Source: a virus (taxonomy: Duplodnaviria; Caudoviricetes). Taken from it: a stretch of DNA of 37,642 bases. Below the pieces are notes generated by a model. That model did not search any database. It saw only the letters and a program-made list of their open reading frames with translations, and was not told the origin of the DNA. This document shows, piece after piece, positions 15,593 to 23,670 of the stretch. The translations under genes were made by a program, and so were the position numbers. Positions within the stretch are counted from its first letter, which is position 1, and each line of letters begins with the position of its first letter. The stretch covers positions 1-37,642 of IMG/VR virus record IMGVR_UViG_3300026543_000013. One strand, 5' to 3'.

Positions 15593-17038
15593 ATGGGATT
15601 TCGCAGCAATCAACCAACAACCGGCAGAGATTTCTTCTTCTCACCTTCTGGGAATGATGAGTTATCAGGGACGAGTGACGAGAACCCCGTATCTACACCC
15701 CTTAAAGCTATTGAGTTTGTTAACGCCTTATCTCTTGTGCCCTCGGGTACTGATCCTGCCTCCATTAATGCTTCTGTAACAGGAACTTATTCTGATGCGC
15801 TTATCTTGCCTGACAGCACCTCTATCAACTGTGCTTTTGCCAGCATCCTTACAACAGACCAGATCAATATAACTTCCGGCAGGGGCCATAGCTCGATATG
15901 GGGCTCGCTATTAAACTTCTCGTCGAATTGCACCATCTACAAGATAGCCGGTAAAGATCGGGTCAGGGCTGAAATTAACGCTATGGTGGTCGGTATTGAA
16001 TCTCCCCCGGCTACTAATTGTGTAGGCTTTGATGTATCAGGAAGTTGTGACGATATTTTTATCCGATTAGTGGAGGCTGAATTAAGGGGTGATGGTGCTG
16101 TACTTATCGATCACACGGCGACCTCTCCTACACCGATTGATTACAATATTGAGGTATCCGAGTTTTTTAACACTAATCAAACCCTGATGGATTTCAACCC
16201 CCCTAATGCAACTGACCAGGCCAGTATTAATATTAGCGTAGCCCAAGAGGATTTAGGCTCAACCACTACAGGATCGATGTTGTTTAATGTTTTAAGTGGA
16301 CGTTTAATTGTCAAGGCCGAAGTCTTACAGGCTGATGATTTATGCGTTGTGGCAAGTGGTGCGAGTTTATCCTTAGATTGTCAAATAGCTTTTGGTGATG
16401 TACTCATTAAAGACGGGGGCGATGCGATATTAAAATCCATTGGCTTGCTGGTGGGTGACATCACTGTAGAAGCTGGCGCTACGCTGGAATGTATAATTAA
16501 TCGGCATGTAGGAACAATTACGAATAACGGCACGATTAACGGCACGATTAACGGCCAGCGCTTCGGGAATTGGACGCCGCAAGCTGTGTTAACTGCATCA
16601 AGCCTGGTAAGCCAAGAGCCTGTAGGCACTGATAACCCCCTTCAGATTAATTATGGCGCAGCACAAGGAACGGTAAGTGATCCAGTCATGTTAGCGGCCG
16701 ATGGAACGATTACGATCAATGAGTCTGGATTTTATGATATTAATGCGACGTATAGCGTAGGTAGACAAGGCGCAGCGGGTGGAACGGCTGATATTTTTAT
16801 CCGGGGGTTATTAGATGCGGCACAGGTAGGTAATCCCATATCGGCTATTATCGACACGCCTAATGTGGTTATCCCTATACAGCTTGAGCTTATTGGGTTT
16901 CTAGAGGCGGGTGCCGTATTAACCGGAGAAATTGTTAGAGACAGTGCAGGTATGGATGACGGGGGGATATTTTCAATATCATCCTCTATTGGGTGGGGCA
17001 CCTCTCCCAGTGCAGCTATCAGGATATTTAAAACATGA
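15593..17038 (+). CDS. fibre/spike-like protein: beta-helix cap + beta-solenoid + C-terminal BclA/C1q-like head
   Basis: FFSPSGNDELSGTSDENPVST N-cap motif; GTITINESGFYDINATY C1q/BclA-like strand pattern. Confidence 0.7.
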   Translation: MGFRSNQPTTGRDFFFSPSGNDELSGTSDENPVSTPLKAIEFVNALSLVPSGTDPASINASVTGTYSDALILPDSTSINCAFASILTTDQINITSGRGHSSIWGSLLNFSSNCTIYKIAGKDRVRAEINAMVVGIESPPATNCVGFDVSGSCDDIFIRLVEAELRGDGAVLIDHTATSPTPIDYNIEVSEFFNTNQTLMDFNPPNATDQASINISVAQEDLGSTTTGSMLFNVLSGRLIVKAEVLQADDLCVVASGASLSLDCQIAFGDVLIKDGGDAILKSIGLLVGDITVEAGATLECIINRHVGTITNNGTINGTINGQRFGNWTPQAVLTASSLVSQEPVGTDNPLQINYGAAQGTVSDPVMLAADGTITINESGFYDINATYSVGRQGAAGGTADIFIRGLLDAAQVGNPISAIIDTPNVVIPIQLELIGFLEAGAVLTGEIVRDSAGMDDGGIFSISSSIGWGTSPSAAIRIFKT

Positions 17039-17205
17039 ACGATGAAATGAGAATATTAATTGCTTTAGCTGAGCACCTCGGAGTGACTATTATGGTCAGT
17101 GGCGGGGATATTGAAGGCTCTACTGAGTTACATGCTGATTTATTCATGCGTGACTGTGAGGGGGCAAAGCAAGGCACCTATGTTTATACAATCGATGATG
17201 ATTGA
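17035..17205 (+). CDS. hypothetical protein (56 aa; not in ORF track)
   Basis: ATGA coupling; MNDEMRILIALAEHLG. Confidence 0.55.
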   Translation: MNDEMRILIALAEHLGVTIMVSGGDIEGSTELHADLFMRDCEGAKQGTYVYTIDDD

Positions 17206-17209
17206 TAGT

Positions 17210-17237
17210 TTTACACTATCGCAAACCATGCTAATAT
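17210..17237 (+). promoter_or_regulatory. promoter for major capsid gene
   Basis: TTTACA-16 nt-TAATAT with extended -10 TG. Confidence 0.5.
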
Positions 17238-17355
17238 AGATTTATCCAATCCCGCTACCCTTCTAAAGGCCCGGAACACGGAGACTTAATTTAGTCGCCC
17301 CCTGTTTCAGGCCACGCGATAAGAAACTTTATTGTACTTTTAGGAGGGACATATC

Positions 17356-18213
17356 ATGTCCAAGAATCTAACAGATGCTGCTGTCCAGGAGTTTGACTCC
17401 GATGTTAAGCAGGAATATCAAGGTATGGCCGGTTTGCGCTCATCCGTCACAGTACGGACTGGTGTAATAGGTGATGCTTATAAGTTTGTTCGTCAGGGTA
17501 AAGGTCTAGCCAATCAAAAGGCAACACAGGCCGATGTCACCCCGATGGATATCAGTTACACGCGTCCGGTAGCAAACCTGGAGAATTGGAACGCTCCAGA
17601 ATACACGGACATTTTCGATCAAGCCACTGTCAACTTTGATGAGAAATCAGAGCTCGCAACGACCATTGCTAAAGCGATCGGTAGACGCGAGGATCAATTG
17701 ATTATCGATGCCATGGCGGCTGTAACCTTTGCCACTACCGAGGACGGTGACGCTGATACTGGCTTTAGTGCCACAGTAGCGACTAACTTCACGGTTGCTG
17801 AGCTGCGAACAGCGGCCAAGCATTTCAACACCATTGAAGCCGAGAACAGTGAGCGTCATATTGCCTTGCAAGCTAATGCGCTGGATGCTCTCTTAGGCAC
17901 AACCCAGGTGACAAGCTCTGACTTCAACACAGTCAAGGCTTTAGTCCAGGGTGAAATAGATACGTTTATGGGCTTTAAGTTCCATGTTATCGGCGCACGT
18001 GTTGAAGGTGGGTTGCCTGGATCCACTGGCGCAGAGCAGGCGCTCTTGTGGCATAAGGCAGCAATCGGTATTGCCATCGGTCTTGATATGAAAACCACTA
18101 TCGATTGGGTAGCCCAGAAAACTTCCTGGTTAGCGAACGGCATATTTAAAGCCGGTGCAGTAGCTCGCGAGCCTCAGGGTATTGTTCGCATCATCTACGA
18201 CGAAACCGCATAG
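17356..18213 (+). CDS. major capsid protein
   Basis: AGGAGG RBS; AIGRREDQLIIDA, SSDFN..KALVQGEIDTFMGFKF and W.AQKTSWL motifs of Bbp17-like capsids. Confidence 0.93.
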   Translation: MSKNLTDAAVQEFDSDVKQEYQGMAGLRSSVTVRTGVIGDAYKFVRQGKGLANQKATQADVTPMDISYTRPVANLENWNAPEYTDIFDQATVNFDEKSELATTIAKAIGRREDQLIIDAMAAVTFATTEDGDADTGFSATVATNFTVAELRTAAKHFNTIEAENSERHIALQANALDALLGTTQVTSSDFNTVKALVQGEIDTFMGFKFHVIGARVEGGLPGSTGAEQALLWHKAAIGIAIGLDMKTTIDWVAQKTSWLANGIFKAGAVAREPQGIVRIIYDETA

Positions 18214-18224
18214 GAGGTTTTATC

Positions 18225-18491
18225 ATGGCTTTTACAGAAGGTACATTTTTGCCATTATCATCACAGGCTAACTCGGACGCTTCGAGGGTGTTTGTGTATA
18301 ACACAGCAGACAACACTGCCGCGGTCACGGGAGCAAATTATTTTGATCCTGCTGGCGCAGTTACAGGTGGATTGGGATTGAAAACCGATGATTTTATTCT
18401 CACGACTCAAAGTGACGGAACTGATTATTATCAGGTAGCTGTATCCGCAACTGGCGTTGTGACATTGCCGTTATCATTGGCTTTCTCATAA
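18225..18491 (+). CDS. capsid decoration/cement-like protein
   Basis: AGGAGG RBS, immediately after MCP, followed by a terminator. Confidence 0.75.
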   Translation: MAFTEGTFLPLSSQANSDASRVFVYNTADNTAAVTGANYFDPAGAVTGGLGLKTDDFILTTQSDGTDYYQVAVSATGVVTLPLSLAFS

Positions 18492-18518
18492 GTTCCACTG
18501 CTGACTTTATGATAGTTA

Positions 18519-18547
18519 CCTCACCTCTCCGGGGGTGGGGCTTTTTC
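18519..18547 (+). terminator. intrinsic terminator after capsid genes
   Basis: CCTCACCTC-TCCG-GGGGTGGGG hairpin followed by CTTTTT. Confidence 0.75.
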
Positions 18548-18558
18548 AGAGGTGCCCT

Positions 18559-19140
18559 ATGGCTACAGATATCGATATTTCGTCTAACGCACTTCAACTC
18601 ATAGGCTCCAAGTCTATTACCTCCTTTACTGAACCTGGTGCGGGTGCAAGAGTTGCCAGTGCTTTGTATGAAACCACCTTAATTGCTTTGTTAACGGATA
18701 CTTATTGGCGCTTTGCCATGAAGAAGCAGAGCCTTAATCTACTCTCTCAAACCCCAGCTAATGACTTTCAATTCGCCCACCAGATACCGACCGATAGTTT
18801 AAAGATTTATAAGGTTGATCCGAATTGCTTTTATAAGATATACGAGGATAAAATTTTCTCGAATCAGAACACCTTAATTGCTGATTACATCTTTCGACCC
18901 GATACCACACTGCTCCCTAGTTACTTTGTGTTAGCGTTTACTTACAAGCTAGCCAGTGACTTTGCTTTAGCGGTGACGGATAACGAGAAGAAAAACGCAC
19001 TCTTTGAAGGCAAATTCCAAGCGGCTATCTCAAGAGCCTTTGGAGCAGACGCACAACAAAACCCTCAAACTCCTATTGTTGACCAACCCTTTACCGATGT
19101 ACGTTTTGGTGGCGGCTTGTCAGGTGATTGGTTTATTTAA
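18559..19140 (+). CDS. tail tubular protein A / adaptor (start revised to MATDIDI)
   Basis: ISSNALQLIG...I.SF...W.FA motif; GAGG RBS. Confidence 0.88.
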   Translation: MATDIDISSNALQLIGSKSITSFTEPGAGARVASALYETTLIALLTDTYWRFAMKKQSLNLLSQTPANDFQFAHQIPTDSLKIYKVDPNCFYKIYEDKIFSNQNTLIADYIFRPDTTLLPSYFVLAFTYKLASDFALAVTDNEKKNALFEGKFQAAISRAFGADAQQNPQTPIVDQPFTDVRFGGGLSGDWFI

Positions 19141-21140
19141 TGGCTAGATTGTGGCATTTACAAACAAGTTTTAACCGCGGTGAATTAGACCCCAGGTTAA
19201 CAGGGCGTAAAGATTTACAGGCTTACTTTGCCGGTGGCCGAACAATGCAGAATGTTGTCACACTGGTACAGGGCGGTATTCGTCGTAGAAATGGTACTGA
19301 GTTTATCCACGAAGACGATGATGGGCGATTGTTTAACTTCTCTTTTTCGACCGAGACTAACTATTGTTTACTGTTCACTGACTTAAAAATCAGAGTCTTT
19401 AAAGATGGTGTATCTCAAACTACCATCGTCAGCCCTTATACATTGGCCCAGGTTAAAGACTTAGACTATATCCAATCCGCAGACACCGCTTTAATCTTTC
19501 ACGCTGACGTTCAATCTCAGGAGCTTTCAAGAACTTCAGACACAGTATGGTCTATTGGTAATATTACTTTTTTAAACCAGCCCCAATTTGATTTTGACGA
19601 TACCTTAAGCCCTCCACCTACCAGTGAAGTCCAGCAAGCGACATTTAACTCAGTCACTGTTGGCGATAGGTATAAAATAGTTTTAGAGGGTGTATTAAGC
19701 GATAGTGTGGTTTTTTCTGATGACGATGCAACGAACGCACAGAATATAGAAATAGCGATTACTGACCTCTTTAACACAGGTGGGTCGGGTACTATTACGG
19801 TGGTTGCGGCCTCTACCTTTGTTTTTGATATCACCTTTTCCGGCAGCAGTGCTAAAGACTGGAACCTATTAACTTTCTCCCCTGATATTGTGGCATCCAC
19901 TTTTGTGGTGACAGTGACAGAAACGACTCCGGGAGTCGCCAGGTCAGAGGATGTCTGGTCAGTGGCGAGAGGATGGCCCCAAACCGCAACTTTTCACGAA
20001 GCCCGGTTATGGTTAGGCGGTACAACATTCAGGCCTGCAACTTTATGGGGTTCAAAGGTCAATCAGTTCTTTGACTTCAATAAGGGGAAAGCGAGAGATG
20101 ATGAGGGCATCGATGTTACTTTGGATACAGATCAGGTTAACGCTATTGTGGGTGTTTTTAGCAATCGAACGCTACAGGTATTTACTTCGGGTGCTGAGTT
20201 CTCCGTTCAAACAAGCCCTATCACCCCACAAAATATAGCCATTGCGCCCCAAACGTCTTTTGGATCGAAGAAGGTCAGACCTGTTACCGTGGATGGCTTG
20301 ACGTTATTTGTCCAAAGAACGGGTAAAGCGGTGAGAAACTTTTTCTTTGTCGATGAAGCTAAGTCGTATAATTCGAGTTCTATTTCAGTTTTAGCAAGTC
20401 AGTTAATCAATGACCCTATTGAAATAGCGGTTTCAAGGGGTACGACTTCGGTTGATGCTAATTACGTCTACATCATTAATGCTGATGGGAGTATGACGGT
20501 TTATAACACGTTGGCCTCTGAAGATGTTCAAGGATTTACGAATTGGGTCACTGAGGGGGATATGATCTCTGCTGCTGTCGTGGATGATGCCTTGTACACC
20601 TATGTTGAGAGGACTATAGGCGGTACACCTATCTTTTTCCTGGAGCGTGAAGATACCACTTTAACTACTGATTCAAGCGCTTCCAGTAGCTCAACGGATA
20701 CCCTCACAGGGTTAAGTCATTTAGAAGGTGAGACAGTCGATGTTATAGCTGATGGGGCTTATCAAGGTACTTTTGTAGTCTCAGGAGGTCAGATAACAAT
20801 AGATCACACAGCCACACTCATTACCGGGGGTTTATGTTTTATCCCCATTATCGAAACGATGCCCTTAAGTATTGCTTTACAGAATGGCCCAAATGCCGCG
20901 CTGCCTAAGCGTATTGTACGGGCCTCCGTAGAATTATTTGAAAGCAACAGTGTTATAGTCAATGATGAACGTATTGCTAATAAGACGATGGGGGTTGATG
21001 TGTTTGAAGCGCCTATACCTATTACAGGGATAGAAGAGGTCTGGTTACAAGGTTACGAGATTGATGCGGTATTAACCATTACTCAGGAAGAACCTATGCC
21101 TATGACCATCCTAGCTCTCTATATGGAGGTGTCTGTCTAA
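19140..21140 (+). CDS. tail tubular protein B / nozzle (start revised to MARLW)
   Basis: QTSFNRGELDP, GGIRRRNGT, GWP..ATFHEARLW and LFVQRTG motifs. Confidence 0.9.
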   Translation: MARLWHLQTSFNRGELDPRLTGRKDLQAYFAGGRTMQNVVTLVQGGIRRRNGTEFIHEDDDGRLFNFSFSTETNYCLLFTDLKIRVFKDGVSQTTIVSPYTLAQVKDLDYIQSADTALIFHADVQSQELSRTSDTVWSIGNITFLNQPQFDFDDTLSPPPTSEVQQATFNSVTVGDRYKIVLEGVLSDSVVFSDDDATNAQNIEIAITDLFNTGGSGTITVVAASTFVFDITFSGSSAKDWNLLTFSPDIVASTFVVTVTETTPGVARSEDVWSVARGWPQTATFHEARLWLGGTTFRPATLWGSKVNQFFDFNKGKARDDEGIDVTLDTDQVNAIVGVFSNRTLQVFTSGAEFSVQTSPITPQNIAIAPQTSFGSKKVRPVTVDGLTLFVQRTGKAVRNFFFVDEAKSYNSSSISVLASQLINDPIEIAVSRGTTSVDANYVYIINADGSMTVYNTLASEDVQGFTNWVTEGDMISAAVVDDALYTYVERTIGGTPIFFLEREDTTLTTDSSASSSSTDTLTGLSHLEGETVDVIADGAYQGTFVVSGGQITIDHTATLITGGLCFIPIIETMPLSIALQNGPNAALPKRIVRASVELFESNSVIVNDERIANKTMGVDVFEAPIPITGIEEVWLQGYEIDAVLTITQEEPMPMTILALYMEVSV

Positions 21141-21553
21141 TGGCTGAAGCCGCTTTATTTATTTCAGCAGCGACCTCTTTATTGGGGGTAGGCGTCCAAG
21201 TATCCGCAGGTAGAACAAAGGCGAGAGAGTCTGAGCTATCCGCAAAAATACAGGAAACGGCTGCCACACAAAGAGAGGCTGATCGTAAAGACAGGTTAGC
21301 GTCTGCTCTGGCTACAGCTAACGCACAGGCAGGGGCTTCAGGTATTGAAGCCTTTGAGGGCTCACCCTTAACCATTTTGCAAGAATCGATTAGAGCAGAA
21401 GAAACCGCCACGGAAAGGGATCAGTTTAATACCCGTATCTCTGCGTTAACCACAAGAGCCCGGGGACAGACAGCGAGAACAGCCAGTCAAGTAGGGGCAG
21501 CTACCAGTCTATTACAAGGTGGGTCTAGAACTGCTCAGCTAATACCGGAGTAA
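21140..21553 (+). CDS. small internal virion (ejection) protein
   Basis: Ala/Gly-rich; AGASGI..EGSP motif; position. Confidence 0.8.
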   Translation: MAEAALFISAATSLLGVGVQVSAGRTKARESELSAKIQETAATQREADRKDRLASALATANAQAGASGIEAFEGSPLTILQESIRAEETATERDQFNTRISALTTRARGQTARTASQVGAATSLLQGGSRTAQLIPE

Positions 21554-21555
21554 TC

Positions 21556-23670
21556 ATGGCTAAACCTTTTTCAGAAGTCGTTAATATCCAGCCTGCAACC
21601 TTTTCAACCGGTGCTGCTCAATTTCAGACCAGTCTTGCGCAGGGTTTAGATGCCTTTGCGGCTCAACAAGCTGGAGCCGCGGCACAGAAGACCATTGCTG
21701 AATCCAGCGCACAGGGTAAGGCGGCAGGGGTAGAGCAACAGAAGGCCGGGGGTAAATTAGAGCTAAAAGAAGAAACCTTTATTGGGGGTATTTCACAGAA
21801 AGCCTTTAATATTTCCGCACGTGAGGGGTATTTAAAATCATTAGACAATGACAATATCGAACAAATTACGAATATCTCCAATGAGAACGCGGGCAATTTA
21901 GCCGGGTTTAATGATGCTGTTAACGCCTATTCAAAGGGGGTGATGGAGAGCGTTGATCCTGCTTCCCGGTCGGCGGTTGCTTTATCCATTGATTCAATGG
22001 TTTCCCGCTTCAGGCCCAAGATACAAGCGGCTCAAGCAAAAGCGGTTGTCGATCAGGCTAATCAAGACCAGGCCATTAACGCCACGGAAAGAAGCCGATT
22101 AGCTCAATCTTCATCCTTTGAGGGGGATGTGGAGCAGGCGGGGATTAATCTAGCCTTTTCCATTGATTCAATTAACAACCGCACTGATTTAGACGACGAA
22201 CAAAAGTCTATCCGTATTCGCAATGTTCAACTGGAAGAAAGGGAGGCACATTTTTCAGGTGAGCTATCGAGAACCTTTGATAGTGAGGGGCCGCAGGCGG
22301 CAATGGATCAGCTTGATGGCTTAAAGATGCCCAAAGGGTTTACCCCGGATGAGTGGGATAAATTTGTCTCTCAAGAACAAACTAAAGTTAACCGCAAGGT
22401 TCAACGGCAGAAGCGTGATTTAAAGGCGGTCACAGAAGCGGCTAAGATAGAAGCTAAAACGGCCAGAGGGTTATTGTTCCTTGATCCTGCCATCCCTGCT
22501 GACCCTTCAGACAGTGAGGATAGGGAAGATGTTAATTTAGCTTATGAGCAAATTTCCCAGGATTGGCAGGGTCTTCCAGCACAAGACCAGATTAATAACA
22601 CTGTGGAGTTTACCGAGAATACGGGATTAGTCCCCGATCAAATTATCTCCAATGTTAACGCGGCTATGCGCTCTGGTACAACTGAGCAAGTCGGGCTGAT
22701 GTCGGACTATCTATCCAGGGTTCAAGAATCGAGTCCAGCGAGTTTAAAGGACATTCCCCAAGAATCCAGGGCCATTAGCCTGCAAGTCTCCGATGCTATA
22801 CGCGCCGGTATTGATGGGGATGTCGCTTTAGAGCAAGCCAGGAAAAATACCTTTGGCCTGACGGATACCGAGAAAGACACGATTAGAAATCAAACACAAG
22901 CGGTGAGTAAGGATTTAACCGGCAATTTACAGACTATGGCCAATCAAGACCTTGACCAAGGAGGGTTTGATACGGGTATTTTCTCCTTTGTGCCTGATGT
23001 GCCGGCGGCTATGGATGGGGATTTTCGTAACTCTTTTGGCCGGTTTATGAATATGACAGGGGGAGATGTAGAGCAATCGCAGAAATTAGCCTTTCAAGCC
23101 ACAAAGTCAGTGTGGTCAGTCACTGAGACTGGGGGCCCTAAGCGGTTTATGAAGTACGCGCCTGAAGTGATGTATAACATTCCCGGTATAAATTCTAACT
23201 GGATTGAAGACCAATTTAACGAAGAGATGGAACTGGCCGGCGCCGAGGGTGCGATTATTGCTATAGATAACTCTGTGGCCAGAGAATCACGCCCTAGCTA
23301 CCCGGTATTAGTACAGGATGAGAACGGTATTTTACAACCTATGCGCGATGAGAATAACGCCTTGATGCGCTATAAACCTGATTACAAATCCACTGAAGAC
23401 TATAAAGAATTAATCGGTGAGCCTGGTCGTAAGTTAGAATCGGCCAAGAAGCAGCGCGAGATTAACCTTAATAGGCGGGCCAATCAAATACGCCGCGGTA
23501 TTCAGGTTCGAGTTTTAGGCAATCAATTTATCCCGTTTAATGAAAGGGCTGATTTCTTACAGAGTGAAGCAGGCAGAAGCGAAATCGAACTAGCGATTAC
23601 CAATATGCAGGCGGCTGATAAGATCAACGCCTTAGAAGCTCAGGAGGCGCGCAATGCCTTTGATCTCTGA
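21556..23670 (+). CDS. internal virion (ejection) protein
   Basis: 704 aa, helical, Ala/Gln-rich; position. Confidence 0.75.
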   Translation: MAKPFSEVVNIQPATFSTGAAQFQTSLAQGLDAFAAQQAGAAAQKTIAESSAQGKAAGVEQQKAGGKLELKEETFIGGISQKAFNISAREGYLKSLDNDNIEQITNISNENAGNLAGFNDAVNAYSKGVMESVDPASRSAVALSIDSMVSRFRPKIQAAQAKAVVDQANQDQAINATERSRLAQSSSFEGDVEQAGINLAFSIDSINNRTDLDDEQKSIRIRNVQLEEREAHFSGELSRTFDSEGPQAAMDQLDGLKMPKGFTPDEWDKFVSQEQTKVNRKVQRQKRDLKAVTEAAKIEAKTARGLLFLDPAIPADPSDSEDREDVNLAYEQISQDWQGLPAQDQINNTVEFTENTGLVPDQIISNVNAAMRSGTTEQVGLMSDYLSRVQESSPASLKDIPQESRAISLQVSDAIRAGIDGDVALEQARKNTFGLTDTEKDTIRNQTQAVSKDLTGNLQTMANQDLDQGGFDTGIFSFVPDVPAAMDGDFRNSFGRFMNMTGGDVEQSQKLAFQATKSVWSVTETGGPKRFMKYAPEVMYNIPGINSNWIEDQFNEEMELAGAEGAIIAIDNSVARESRPSYPVLVQDENGILQPMRDENNALMRYKPDYKSTEDYKELIGEPGRKLESAKKQREINLNRRANQIRRGIQVRVLGNQFIPFNERADFLQSEAGRSEIELAITNMQAADKINALEAQEARNAFDL

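Noticed and set aside
18190-18225. Programmed frameshift or readthrough extension of MCP
   Set aside because: No slippery heptamer before the stop; the next gene has its own AGGAGG RBS
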